A stretch of 60,547 bases of DNA from an uncultured Candidatus Saccharibacteria bacterium (GTDB taxonomy: Bacteria > Patescibacteriota > Minisyncoccia > Phycocordibacterales > CAIRYW01), in contig CAZAOU010000003.1 in NCBI GenBank assembly GCA_964487135.1, positions 1 through 60,547 of the forward strand, in the 5' to 3' direction. Position numbers and translations under genes: made by a program. Numbering within the stretch: the stretch's first letter is position 1; every line of letters starts with the position of its first letter. Shown one piece after another: positions 20,652-29,905 of this stretch. The notes below the pieces were generated by a model, which worked only from the letters and a program-made list of their open reading frames with translations, did no database searches and was not told where the DNA came from.

Positions 20652-21509
20652 ATGATTCAAATTACAAAACCACAAAAAGATTATGAGCTTTTAGATTCAG
20701 GTGAAGGTGAAAAACTTGAGCGTTACGGAGCTTATGTTTTGAGGCGTCCTGATCCACAGGCTCTCTGGCACAAAAAACTTTCCTTATCGGAATGGCAAAA
20801 AGCTGACGCCTCATTTGTAAGAAAAGACGGAAAGGGAAATTGGAAGGTTTCTAAAAATCTTCCCAAAGAGTGGAATATTATACTTGGCGGTGTTTCTTTT
20901 TTGATTTCACCAACATCTTTCAAACATACCGGTGTTTTTCCAGAACAGCTTTTAAACTGGGGGTGGATGGGGGAAAAGATCAAAAAAGTAGATAGACCTA
21001 TAAATGCGCTTAATTTATTTGGCTACACAGGTGGGGCAACTTTGGCAATGGCCCAAGCGGGAGCGGAAGTTGTTCATGTTGATGCTTCAAAACCTTCGAT
21101 TGGAATGGCAAAGAAAAATGCAGAAATTTCTGGGCTAAAGGATTCAAAAATTCGTTTTATTCTTGATGATGCTCATGAGTTTGTAAAGCGAGAAATTCGC
21201 AGGGGGAATAAGTACGACGCGATTGTAATGGACCCTCCATCTTTTGGTAGGGGAGCAAAAGGGGAAATTTGGAGAATCGAAGAAAACTTTTTATCTTTCT
21301 TAGCTGATGTATTTAAGTTGTTGTCTAAAAAACCTCTTTTTGTATTAATTAATGGGTATGCTGCGGGATATTCTTCTTTAGCATATAAACAAAATTTAGA
21401 CCATCTTCAAGATAAATTTGGAGGAGCTATAGAAGATGGTGAATTAGCAATAGAGAGCTCGTCCGGAACTATCTTGCCGGCGGGAATTTTTGCTCGGTGG
21501 AGTATATAA
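20652..21509 (+). CDS. SAM-dependent methyltransferase (RlmI/RlmK-related)
   Basis: YELLDSGEGEKLERYG, FKHTGVFPEQ..NW, LNLFGYTGGAT, DPPSFGRG. Confidence 0.85.
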   Translation: MIQITKPQKDYELLDSGEGEKLERYGAYVLRRPDPQALWHKKLSLSEWQKADASFVRKDGKGNWKVSKNLPKEWNIILGGVSFLISPTSFKHTGVFPEQLLNWGWMGEKIKKVDRPINALNLFGYTGGATLAMAQAGAEVVHVDASKPSIGMAKKNAEISGLKDSKIRFILDDAHEFVKREIRRGNKYDAIVMDPPSFGRGAKGEIWRIEENFLSFLADVFKLLSKKPLFVLINGYAAGYSSLAYKQNLDHLQDKFGGAIEDGELAIESSSGTILPAGIFARWSI

Positions 21510-21527
21510 ATAAAAAATCCCAGTCTT

Positions 21528-22004
21528 TCAACTGAGTATTGTGTAGAAAAGGCGACAATCTTTTGCAAAGTCGCGTTTCGCTTCAATTCCTATCACTCCA
21601 GAAGGTTGGCAGATTTTTTGCCAATTAACTGATTTTTGCCACCCCACAGCTTCATCCCAACCCCTTTTTAGTGCCTCGTGGACTATTTTTCTGCTTTTGG
21701 TGATTAGAAAAATAGTTGAGCCTTCTGAGGCAAGGGCGATTGTGGCGTCAAAAATTTTTCCAGACAGCCCTTGGTTCCGGAAGTCATTCCTAACCCACAA
21801 AGTTCCCAACTCAAACCAACTTTCATTATTGGTTGGCCACAGAGCTCCAAAGCCGATTATATTTTTTCGTCTTGTTACTATGTGACAGCGTTTCTCTCTT
21901 TTTAGTTTACGAATTGAGTCAGGGTTAACTCGTGACTTGAGGATTCTTCCTTCTTGCTTTAGGTTTAAGCAAAATTCTCGGAGACTTTTCGAAGTAACTC
22001 TCAT
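21528..22004 (-). CDS. GNAT family N-acetyltransferase
   Basis: ELGTLWVRNDFRNQGLS (acetyl-CoA motif A); ATG at 22004 preferred. Confidence 0.75.
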   Translation of the reverse strand: MRVTSKSLREFCLNLKQEGRILKSRVNPDSIRKLKREKRCHIVTRRKNIIGFGALWPTNNESWFELGTLWVRNDFRNQGLSGKIFDATIALASEGSTIFLITKSRKIVHEALKRGWDEAVGWQKSVNWQKICQPSGVIGIEAKRDFAKDCRLFYTILS

Positions 22005-22115
22005 TTCAGAGGTTATAGTATAGAATATTTTTATTTTGTAAATAAAAATATTCAAATTTGTTTAATTTAATGATCAATTGCTCAAAACCCTGATTTTTGG
22101 TATAAATAATGACGT

Positions 22116-22412
22116 ATGGATTTGGACGATGATATTAGAGATATTGTAGAGGACACCAGGAGACTCGTAAGAGAAAATAACGAGATGCTTTCCTCTATGA
22201 AAAGAAGGGCTAATTTTTCTCTGTTTGTTAAGTTTATTTACTGGATTGTTATAGTTGGCTTGGCTGTTGGAACATATGTTTATGTTCAGCCCTATGTAGA
22301 ACAACTTCTTTCTGTATATAAAAATATTCAAGAAACAAACAATAAGATTTCATCAAGTATTCCAAATCTAGACAGTGTAAAAGATTTTCTAGGAATTTCT
22401 CCTAAGAAATAA
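22116..22412 (+). CDS. Small single-TM hypothetical protein
   Basis: Coiled N-terminus (RLVRENNEML), one TM, polar tail. Confidence 0.65.
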   Translation: MDLDDDIRDIVEDTRRLVRENNEMLSSMKRRANFSLFVKFIYWIVIVGLAVGTYVYVQPYVEQLLSVYKNIQETNNKISSSIPNLDSVKDFLGISPKK

Positions 22413-22419
22413 AATATAT

Positions 22420-22495
22420 GCCGAGGTAGCTCAGTTGGTAGAGCATGTGCCTGAAGAGCATGGGGTCGGCGGTTCGAGCCCGCCCCTCGGCACCA
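22420..22495 (+). tRNA. tRNA-Phe(GAA)
   Basis: GCCGAGG/CCTCGGC acceptor, ctGAAga loop, encoded CCA. Confidence 0.96.
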
Positions 22496-22574
22496 AGTTG
22501 GAATTGGTAATGGACGGTATTGTTTTGTAAAGAAAATTTTTAATAATAATTCGAAAATATTAATTACAATATTT

Positions 22575-23213
22575 ATGAACATAAATCAAAAAGGATTTGC
22601 AAGCATTCCATTAATTGTTTTTGTTGTTTTATCTGGAGTGGCTGGGTACTTTGTTTTGGATAATAGCCGAATTAAATCAAAACCAACAACGCTTAATATT
22701 ACCAATGAACAACCAACACTTAATATATCTAATGAAGAACAAAAACCTACTGTTATTAGTGAACAACCAGTAAAGAAAGAACAATCTCCAACTAAATCGG
22801 TAAAAGATGATACTCCAATAGTCACGAATGAAACACCTGTAAATTGGCAATTTATTGATGCAAATTTATTTACACTCTCTTTGCCATCCAATTGGAAATT
22901 TAACAAACTACAAGGTACGGATTCTTATGTTGGCGAATTTGTTGGTGATGGAATAAAACTCAGTTTTGATTTCGGTTGGTATTCTAGTCGACTTGCAGAA
23001 GATGGTGATCCAAATTATGTTGTGACCTACGAGACTATTGGTGGTTACAGGGCAAAAATAGTAGAACCAAAAGTTGTGGGTAGCGGAATTACGGGTATAT
23101 ATTTTGGCGATCTTGGGAATCAAAATAGATTTAATTTGTACGGAAACGACATTTCTAGTTCTCAAAAAGAAACAGTTTTGAAAATATTTCGAACAATCAA
23201 ATTTAAAAAATAA
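22575..23213 (+). CDS. Membrane-anchored secreted protein
   Basis: QKGFASIPLI (pilin-like N-terminus) plus TM, Thr/Pro/Glu/Gln low-complexity linker, beta-rich C-domain. Confidence 0.65.
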   Translation: MNINQKGFASIPLIVFVVLSGVAGYFVLDNSRIKSKPTTLNITNEQPTLNISNEEQKPTVISEQPVKKEQSPTKSVKDDTPIVTNETPVNWQFIDANLFTLSLPSNWKFNKLQGTDSYVGEFVGDGIKLSFDFGWYSSRLAEDGDPNYVVTYETIGGYRAKIVEPKVVGSGITGIYFGDLGNQNRFNLYGNDISSSQKETVLKIFRTIKFKK

Positions 23214-23231
23214 AATCCCGCAAGGGATTTT
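23212..23231. terminator. Short hairpin terminator
   Basis: aaaatccc-gcaa-gggatttt. Confidence 0.65.
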
Positions 23232-23248
23232 CTCTTACTTAGAGTGTT

Positions 23249-23277
23249 TTGACTATTTTAATAAAATATGGTAAAAT
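23249..23277 (+). promoter_or_regulatory. Sigma70 promoter for the 23367 gene
   Basis: TTGACT-17nt-TAAAAT. Confidence 0.65.
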
Positions 23278-23366
23278 CCACGAAATTTTAAGATAGATCG
23301 TTACAAAGAGTTGGAGTAAATTGCAGATATTTTTAGAGGTTTTTCATCTCAAGATATCTGCAATTT

Positions 23367-23912
23367 ATGAAAAACAAAATCCAAAACCACACACTGGTAG
23401 ACATCATTATTATCATTGCCATCGTTCTGTTGGTGGTGTGGGCAGTGTCCCAAATCCACCATTGCAACCAGAAATTGCCAAAACAAAACGCTCAAAAGGC
23501 CGAGCTTCTTCGTCTCTGCATTAACGATGTGGAGGAGGTGTTTGTTGCCGTGGAGCAGCAAACAGGAGCAACTCGGTTTGAGATTTTTGGTGGAGACTCC
23601 GTCGCGCGGTTTCGTCGCGCGGTTTCTAACTGGGAGAAGAGCAATCGGTCTCCCAGCATCAAACATCAAGAGTTTGACAGCATCTTCTTTGCGGTAAGGC
23701 AGGAGATGCGATACGCCATGCAGGCGTTTCAAACAATCGCTGGCCGACGTGCAACTAAAGCTGAATTTCTTCTCGTCCTAAAAAAGAGGTATGAAATTAT
23801 GGAGCCTGATGGTTGGGTTGAATGGTCAACTCACAAGCACCACCTCCTAGATGCAATTCAGGCAGGGAAGAGTCTGAATTTTGCCACCAACTCGCAACAC
23901 AAGACGCTGTAG
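23367..23912 (+). CDS. Hypothetical TM-anchored protein (GC-rich accessory gene)
   Basis: N-terminal TM, 181 aa, own promoter. Confidence 0.6.
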   Translation: MKNKIQNHTLVDIIIIIAIVLLVVWAVSQIHHCNQKLPKQNAQKAELLRLCINDVEEVFVAVEQQTGATRFEIFGGDSVARFRRAVSNWEKSNRSPSIKHQEFDSIFFAVRQEMRYAMQAFQTIAGRRATKAEFLLVLKKRYEIMEPDGWVEWSTHKHHLLDAIQAGKSLNFATNSQHKTL

Positions 23913-23954
23913 GAAATCCTCCTCCAGCGCCATTTTTTTTATTTATAAATAAAA

Positions 23955-24401
23955 CTATAAAGATTTAATCTTGAGTTTTGTCTGTCTTTCTTTATCAATC
24001 TTAGGAAGTTTTATTGTAAGAAGTCCTTGATTTTCATAAGCCTCAGCTTTTTCTATATCTACCTCTTGAGGAAGAAGGATTGTTCTTGAAAAACTTCCCC
24101 AATATAATTCTTTATGAAAATAATCTCCATCGCCTACATTGTGTTCAGATTCTCTTTTTCCTTTTATTGACACCATATCGCGTGAGAGGGCTACATCGAG
24201 ATCTTCTTTTTTTACACCTGCCACTATTGTTTTTACAACAATATGATTTGGAGTTTCGTATACATCAACAGTAAGCTCACCATCTACATCATCAGAATCA
24301 TTCCAATCTTTTGCTGGAGTAAGAGATTGTTCGTTTGAATCGTCTTCATCTGGCGAAATTGCTCCAGTAAGTTTTTTAAAAAATGACCGCTTTGTACTCA
24401 T
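23955..24401 (-). CDS. Hsp20/alpha-crystallin family protein
   Basis: VDVYET..IVV...AGVKKED, IKGKR, WGSFSRTILLP.EVD, NQGLLTIKLPK. Confidence 0.93.
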   Translation of the reverse strand: MSTKRSFFKKLTGAISPDEDDSNEQSLTPAKDWNDSDDVDGELTVDVYETPNHIVVKTIVAGVKKEDLDVALSRDMVSIKGKRESEHNVGDGDYFHKELYWGSFSRTILLPQEVDIEKAEAYENQGLLTIKLPKIDKERQTKLKIKSL

Positions 24402-25090
24402 AGATGTTGAATGTGTTTAATTTTTTTAATTTTTTCCAAAATAAGTATAACGGCGATCACCCCAAGCCATACACCTGCAAATATAACCATTACACCGAAC
24501 TTGCTTGTAATTATAAGATGATTAAAGACTGCGTGCAACAAAACTCCAAGACTAAATCCTAAAATACCGTATATTATTTTAATTATTTTTTTCTCAAAAA
24601 ATGTAGATGCTAGAGCGAGACCTATAATTCCTGAAGAGAGAACATGAAGAAGTGATGCTCCAATAAATCTTAGGTTAAGTGTGGCGAAACTTTTTGCAAT
24701 ATCACCATCTGCAAAAGGTCCTAGCAAGAAGAGTGTGTTTTCTAAAGCAGCAAAACCTAAGGATGCTGTTACTAGATATATCACCGCGTCCACCGGTTCA
24801 TCCGCAAACCTTGTTTTTAGGGCTATCATATAGGCCGCAAATAATTTTAGACCTTCTTCAATAACAGACCACATTACAAATGATGGAAAGGAGAAATCTG
24901 GTAATATTTTTCCAACTATTTTTTCTAATGGAATTGCAATTAAAACCATTCCCATGCCGGCAAAAAATGTTCCGGTAATAAGACTTCGGGGTTCCATGTG
25001 TTTTTCTTCTTTTAGCCAAAATTTAAGCCAAAAAATTGCTGGAATGATACCCCCCAAAAGAGCATACGCTATAACTTCTAAGTCAATCAT
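24398..25090 (-). CDS. PrsW family intramembrane metalloprotease
   Basis: VIEEGLK, LGFAALEN, LLHVLS, LLHAVFN. Confidence 0.88.
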   Translation of the reverse strand: MIDLEVIAYALLGGIIPAIFWLKFWLKEEKHMEPRSLITGTFFAGMGMVLIAIPLEKIVGKILPDFSFPSFVMWSVIEEGLKLFAAYMIALKTRFADEPVDAVIYLVTASLGFAALENTLFLLGPFADGDIAKSFATLNLRFIGASLLHVLSSGIIGLALASTFFEKKIIKIIYGILGFSLGVLLHAVFNHLIITSKFGVMVIFAGVWLGVIAVILILEKIKKIKHIQHL

Positions 25091-25092
25091 TT

Positions 25093-27249
25093 TTAATTAG
25101 GCCACTTTTGAACCATCAAAAGAGAATCCTTATTCATATTTTGCCATATTTCTTCAGTTACGAAAGGCATAAATGGGTGGAGAAGTTTTAATATTGTTTC
25201 AAGGGTTGATAATAGAAACTGTTTTCTAGATTCTTTTTCCTCTTCGGTTCCATTTTCCAAAATTTTTTTACTTTCTTCTATAATTTTGTCTGCAAGAGTG
25301 TGCCAGATATAGTGGTATAACTTTTCCGCAACAATATGAAGTTTGTATTCTTCTAACTCTTTTGTAATTTCTTTTATAAATTCGTTATGGTCACTAAAGA
25401 GTTTTTTATCGTTATCATTAAGATTACTAATTTTTTCCTTAATTTTAATACCCTCTGTTGAACTTAAAACAAATCTAGAAATATTCCAAAGTTTATTCGC
25501 AAAATTTTTATATGCTTTTAGTTTTTCTTCAGACATTTTGCTGTCGTTTCCTGGACCTGTTCCTACAATGAGAGACATTCTTACGGCATCGGCGCCGTAT
25601 TTTGCAATCATCTCAAGCGGTTCAACATTATTTCCGAGGGATTTACTAATTTTTTGTCCTTTACTATCTCTTACAAGACCATGAAGATAAATTGTTTTAA
25701 AAGGAATTTCTCCAAGTAAATATTTACTCATCAAAATCATACGAGCAATCCAGAAAAAGATAATATCGTAGCCAGATTCTATAAGGGTGGTGGGGTGATA
25801 AGTTTTTAAATCTTCTGTCTGATCTGGCCAGCCTAGTGTAGAAAACGTCCAGAGGCCTGAAGAAAACCAAGTATCTAGAGTATCATGGTCTTGCTCAAAA
25901 CCTTCTTCTTTAGGAGCTTCTGTACCAACATAGATCTCATTGTTTTTATACCAAACAGGAATTCGATGTCCGTACCAAATTTGACGAGAAATACACCAAT
26001 CGCGCAGATTTTCTATCCAATTAAAATAAACCCTTTCAAATCTATCTGGAATAATTTTTATTCCATCTTTTCTAACAGCCTCTAACATGAGCTCTTTTAG
26101 ACTTTTATTTTCTCTTGATGGGATTTTTTTATTTACATCAATGAACCATTGGAGTTTGGGAAGGGGTTCAATTACTGCACCGGTTCTTTCTGCGGTTGAA
26201 ATATTTTGAACAACCTCTTCTTCTTTGATGAGAAGATTTTCCTTTCTAAGCCACTCCACAATTATTTCTCTTGCTTCAGATGTTTTTTTGCCTGAGAGAG
26301 TTGGCTCCTCAATAGACATCTTTGCAAACTCATTTATTACTTGAATTGTAGGTAGATTATGTCTTTTAGCAATTTCTGCATCTATCATGCTGTGGGCTGG
26401 AGTTACTCCTACGGCCCCAGTTCCATATTCTGGATCAACTGCATCATCCCCAACTATTTTTATTGAAAGGGGAACTCCAGCAAAATTTAGTTTAAATTCC
26501 TTCCCGATATATTTTTTGTATCTTTCATCGTTTGGATGAACCGCAACCGCCACATCACCTACTTTTGTTTCTGGTCTAGTGGTTGCGATAGGAATAGGGA
26601 AGTCGCTTGAATATTTGAATGTATAAATTTTACCTTTTCTTTCCTCGTATACTATTTCATCATCAGAAATCGTTGTTTGCCCTTTTGGGTCCCAGTTAAT
26701 AATTCTGTGAGCACGATAAATGAGTCCGTCATCAAACATTGTTTTAAATGCAGTGTATACAGCTCTCTCTCTTTTTTTATCTAAAGTAAATGCTTCACGA
26801 CTCCAATCGAGAGATGATCCAAGTGCTTTAAGCTGGTGAGTCATTGTTTCTTTATTATTTTGTGCAAATACTTCAACACGCTTTAGAAATTCTTCTCTTC
26901 CGAGATCTGTTTTTCTTTTACCTTCCTCTTTTTCAAGAATTTTTTCAACTTTTGATTGTGTGGCAATAGCAGCATGATCCATACCAGGAATCCATAATGT
27001 TTTATATCCTTTCATTCTGTTAAATCGAACAAGGGTGTCTTCAATTGCGAGCATAAAGGAACTTCCCATATGAAGTGTTCCTGTAACATTTGGAGGTGGT
27101 AAAACTATAGAAAATGCCGCAGCATCTTTTTCTGTAATGCCTTTTTCTACACAAACATCTGGGTTAAAAAAACCGCTCTCTTCCCAGAGCTTGTATATAC
27201 GACCCTCAGTTTCTTTTGGGTCGTAAGGTTTCAGAAATTTTTCATTCAT
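25093..27249 (-). CDS. valS: Valine--tRNA ligase (lacks the C-terminal coiled-coil domain)
   Basis: PPPNVTGTLHMG (HIGH), DWCISRQIWYGHRIP, KISKSLGN (KMSKS); ATG at 27249 preferred because 27258 overlaps the -10 box. Confidence 0.97.
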   Translation of the reverse strand: MNEKFLKPYDPKETEGRIYKLWEESGFFNPDVCVEKGITEKDAAAFSIVLPPPNVTGTLHMGSSFMLAIEDTLVRFNRMKGYKTLWIPGMDHAAIATQSKVEKILEKEEGKRKTDLGREEFLKRVEVFAQNNKETMTHQLKALGSSLDWSREAFTLDKKRERAVYTAFKTMFDDGLIYRAHRIINWDPKGQTTISDDEIVYEERKGKIYTFKYSSDFPIPIATTRPETKVGDVAVAVHPNDERYKKYIGKEFKLNFAGVPLSIKIVGDDAVDPEYGTGAVGVTPAHSMIDAEIAKRHNLPTIQVINEFAKMSIEEPTLSGKKTSEAREIIVEWLRKENLLIKEEEVVQNISTAERTGAVIEPLPKLQWFIDVNKKIPSRENKSLKELMLEAVRKDGIKIIPDRFERVYFNWIENLRDWCISRQIWYGHRIPVWYKNNEIYVGTEAPKEEGFEQDHDTLDTWFSSGLWTFSTLGWPDQTEDLKTYHPTTLIESGYDIIFFWIARMILMSKYLLGEIPFKTIYLHGLVRDSKGQKISKSLGNNVEPLEMIAKYGADAVRMSLIVGTGPGNDSKMSEEKLKAYKNFANKLWNISRFVLSSTEGIKIKEKISNLNDNDKKLFSDHNEFIKEITKELEEYKLHIVAEKLYHYIWHTLADKIIEESKKILENGTEEEKESRKQFLLSTLETILKLLHPFMPFVTEEIWQNMNKDSLLMVQKWPN

Positions 27250-27289
27250 AGAAGGCATTTTAGCAGAAATGAGCTGGTTTATAAAGGTA

Positions 27290-27435
27290 ACAACCCCTCT
27301 GGTGACCTCCAGAGGGGTTGAAAAATCTTGTCCTATTTGCGCATATCTAAGGCGCTATGTCGGTCTTTGTATTCGGGCAAGATCGCAGCATTTTAGAGGG
27401 TCAAAACCCCGCTGGGTAACGATCTAACGTTACTG
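27290..27435 (-). ncRNA. Candidate structured small RNA (unassigned)
   Basis: Minus-strand TTGCAA-17nt-TAGTAT promoter, nested helices, ends in the 27291-27320 hairpin; no family recognised. Confidence 0.35.
27291..27320. terminator. Strong hairpin between tsaD and valS
   Basis: caacccctctgg-tgacct-ccagaggggttg. Confidence 0.7.
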
Positions 27436-27474
27436 TAAGCATACTAATACGAATAGCTTTTTTTTGCAAGTGAA

Positions 27475-28608
27475 TTATAAAGACAGATTTCCCTGGGCAT
27501 TTTTTGGCGCTTTTAGTTTTTTTGATTTTATTCCCAAATATCCGGCAACAGCAATCATTAAAGCATTATCAGTTGATTGTTTCTTTTTTGGCAGAAGGAG
27601 TTTTATTTTGTGTGTCTTAGCAAGTTTTTTTATATTTTTTTGCAAAAATTTATTTGCAGAAACACCTCCGCCAACAATAAGTGTTTTTAGTTCATATTTT
27701 TCAATGGCTTTTTGGGTTTTGTATAAAAGTGTTTCTACAACCGCGTTTTCAAATTCTCTAGCAATTTTTAGTTTTATTTCTTCAGTAATTTCTCCTAAAT
27801 CTCTAATCAAATAAAGAACGGCGGTTTTTATTCCAGAAAAAGAAAAATTAAAATCAGGGCTTTTTATCATGGGGCGTGGCAATGACCAGCTACTAGCTTC
27901 TAGTTTTAAGCTCCTAGCTTTTTCTGCTAAGGCAGAAATTTGTGGTCCTCCTGGATAGGGAAGATTAAGCATTCTTGCCACTTTATCAAACGCTTCGCCT
28001 ACAGCATCATCAAGAGTTTTTCCTATAATTTGATAATTTAGAGGTTTTTTAGAATATACAAGTTCGGTGTGTCCGCCACTTACTAAAAGGGCTAGGGCAG
28101 GGTAAGAAATATATTCTTTATTAAGTAGAGGGGTAAGAAAGTGACCTTCCATATGATTTACTCCATATACTGGAATTTTCCAAAGTTCGCCAAGAGCTCT
28201 TGCAAAATTTATTCCAACCCAAAGAGTTGGCTCTAGTCCTGGGCCTTCAGTAACAACAATCGCATCAATTTTTGGTTTTGAAATATTGATTATGTGTTTT
28301 TCAAATTGTTCAAAGAGAAATGTCTCCTTCATTAATATTTTTTGAATTTTATTTTTTATTTTAGAATCAGCGTCTTTGTTTTTTGTTTTTTGATTTTTTA
28401 AAACTCTCAAAAAAAGTGGAATAAGATTTTTTTGATGCTCTCTTTTTGCCATCATAGGAAACACCCCTCCATATTGTTCATGAAGTTTTATTTGTGAATG
28501 TAAAGCTTGCGCAATAATATTAAAATTTGGTTTTAAAACTGTTCCCGATGCATCAACTAAAGCCACAGCCGTCTCATCACAACTTGTTTCAATTGCTAGT
28601 ATTTTCAT
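27475..28608 (-). CDS. tsaD: tRNA N6-adenosine threonylcarbamoyltransferase TsaD
   Basis: ILAIETSCDETAVA, GVNHMEGH, LLVSGGHT, DDAVGEAFDKVAR, STDNALMIA. Confidence 0.97.
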   Translation of the reverse strand: MKILAIETSCDETAVALVDASGTVLKPNFNIIAQALHSQIKLHEQYGGVFPMMAKREHQKNLIPLFLRVLKNQKTKNKDADSKIKNKIQKILMKETFLFEQFEKHIINISKPKIDAIVVTEGPGLEPTLWVGINFARALGELWKIPVYGVNHMEGHFLTPLLNKEYISYPALALLVSGGHTELVYSKKPLNYQIIGKTLDDAVGEAFDKVARMLNLPYPGGPQISALAEKARSLKLEASSWSLPRPMIKSPDFNFSFSGIKTAVLYLIRDLGEITEEIKLKIAREFENAVVETLLYKTQKAIEKYELKTLIVGGGVSANKFLQKNIKKLAKTHKIKLLLPKKKQSTDNALMIAVAGYLGIKSKKLKAPKNAQGNLSL

Positions 28609-28615
28609 ATATGTG

Positions 28616-28688
28616 TGGGCGGTAGAGGATTCGAACCTCTGACATCAACAACGTCAATGTTGCGCTCTACCAACTGAGCTAACCGCCC
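28616..28688 (-). tRNA. tRNA-Val(GAC)
   Basis: GGGCGGT/ACCGCCC acceptor, caaca-ttGACgt-tgttg. Confidence 0.95.
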
Positions 28689-28716
28689 TTATTTTAAGCC
28701 TACTAAGCTCAAATTT

Positions 28717-28788
28717 TGACCCCACGGAGAGTCGAACTCCGCTTAACAGATTGAAAACCTGCTGTCCTAACCGATAGACGATGGGGCC
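28717..28788 (-). tRNA. tRNA-Glu(TTC)
   Basis: GGCCCCA/TGGGGTC acceptor, ttTTCaa loop, GTTCGACT. Confidence 0.93.
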
Positions 28789-28905
28789 GTCCTAGCTGAG
28801 AAAATATAGCAATTTTTTGTAATTTTGGCAAAAAATAAATTAAAAATAACAACTATGTATATTTTATGATACAATGGAGACATAATAGATAACTAACTAA
28901 AATAT

Positions 28906-29178
28906 ATGAGATACGGAATTGGACATATGTCATATAACTACGGGATGCCTTTTGATAACGTTTTAGGCCTTCTCCCGTTGTTCTCGGTTTTATTCTTAAT
29001 AGCAATAGCTCTCAAAGCTTATTGTCTTTGGCATGCAGCAAGACGAGATGAGAAATGGTGGTTTATTGCATTAGTTTTAATAAACTCTCTAGGGCTTGTT
29101 GAACTAATTTATATCCTTTTTGTTCTCAAAAAGGTTCCATTTGCTAAAAAAGAGATTCACCACTTTCCAAAAGAATAA
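28906..29178 (+). CDS. Small membrane protein, DUF5652-like
   Basis: LKAYCLWHAARRDEKWWFIALVLINSLGLVELIY. Confidence 0.7.
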   Translation: MRYGIGHMSYNYGMPFDNVLGLLPLFSVLFLIAIALKAYCLWHAARRDEKWWFIALVLINSLGLVELIYILFVLKKVPFAKKEIHHFPKE

Positions 29179-29272
29179 AACAATTAGTATTTATATGTTG
29201 ATTAATCATACAAGATCAGTTTGGGCAAGTTTTAACTAAAGAATATTTTTCTTTAGTAGCCTTAACTTATGT

Positions 29273-29905
29273 ATGATTATGAATACCAAGATCTCTATTT
29301 GTCTTGCTGTATATATTACAGCGCTTCTAGCCTCTAATACTTTAGGAATAAAACTTCTACCATTTTTGTTTGGTGGAAGTATTTCTGTCGCCATATTCTT
29401 TTTTCCAATAGTTTTTCTTATGACTGATGTAATTTCCGAAGTTTATGGAAGAGAAACTGGCAGAATGTTTGTTAGGTGCGGTTTTTATTCAACTGCCATT
29501 TTTACTTTTTTTGTTTTTATTGCAGGAATATTACCAGCAGGACCTCGCTTTGAAATTAATAATAGCTTTAACGATGTTTTTTCTCTGTCGTCTAGATTTT
29601 TAATTGCGTCTTTTATTGCTTATGCAATAGGAGAATTTCAGGATGTTAAGCTGTTCAATTATCTCAAAATAAAATTCCATAAATTTTTCTTGTTTAGGTC
29701 TTTTCTCTCAAATTTATGGAGTCAGTTTCTTGACAGTGCTCTGTGGTTTTCTATTGCCTACGGAGGACTTATGCCTGTAAGCACAATACTGTCTATTATG
29801 ATCCCGTGGTGGCTTTATAAGGTTGGAATGGGTCTTGTGTACAGCCCACTTGCATTACTAGGAGTAAAAATTCTCAAATATGAAAGTGAAGGCAATAAAA
29901 ACTAG
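29273..29905 (+). CDS. Queuosine-precursor (VUT/YhhQ family) transporter
   Basis: LASNTLGIK, FPIVFLMTDVISEVYG, ASFIAYAIGEFQDV, RSFLSNLWSQFLDS. Confidence 0.85.
   Translation: MIMNTKISICLAVYITALLASNTLGIKLLPFLFGGSISVAIFFFPIVFLMTDVISEVYGRETGRMFVRCGFYSTAIFTFFVFIAGILPAGPRFEINNSFNDVFSLSSRFLIASFIAYAIGEFQDVKLFNYLKIKFHKFFLFRSFLSNLWSQFLDSALWFSIAYGGLMPVSTILSIMIPWWLYKVGMGLVYSPLALLGVKILKYESEGNKN

Noticed and set aside
27259-27474. T-box riboswitch for valS
   Set aside because: No GGTGGNACCGCG T-box or recognisable stem I specifier loop; TGGAGGTCACC is only superficially similar.
29180-29272. preQ1 riboswitch upstream of the YhhQ-like transporter
   Set aside because: No preQ1-I stem/GTTC loop with an A-rich tail; only an AT-rich hairpin is present.
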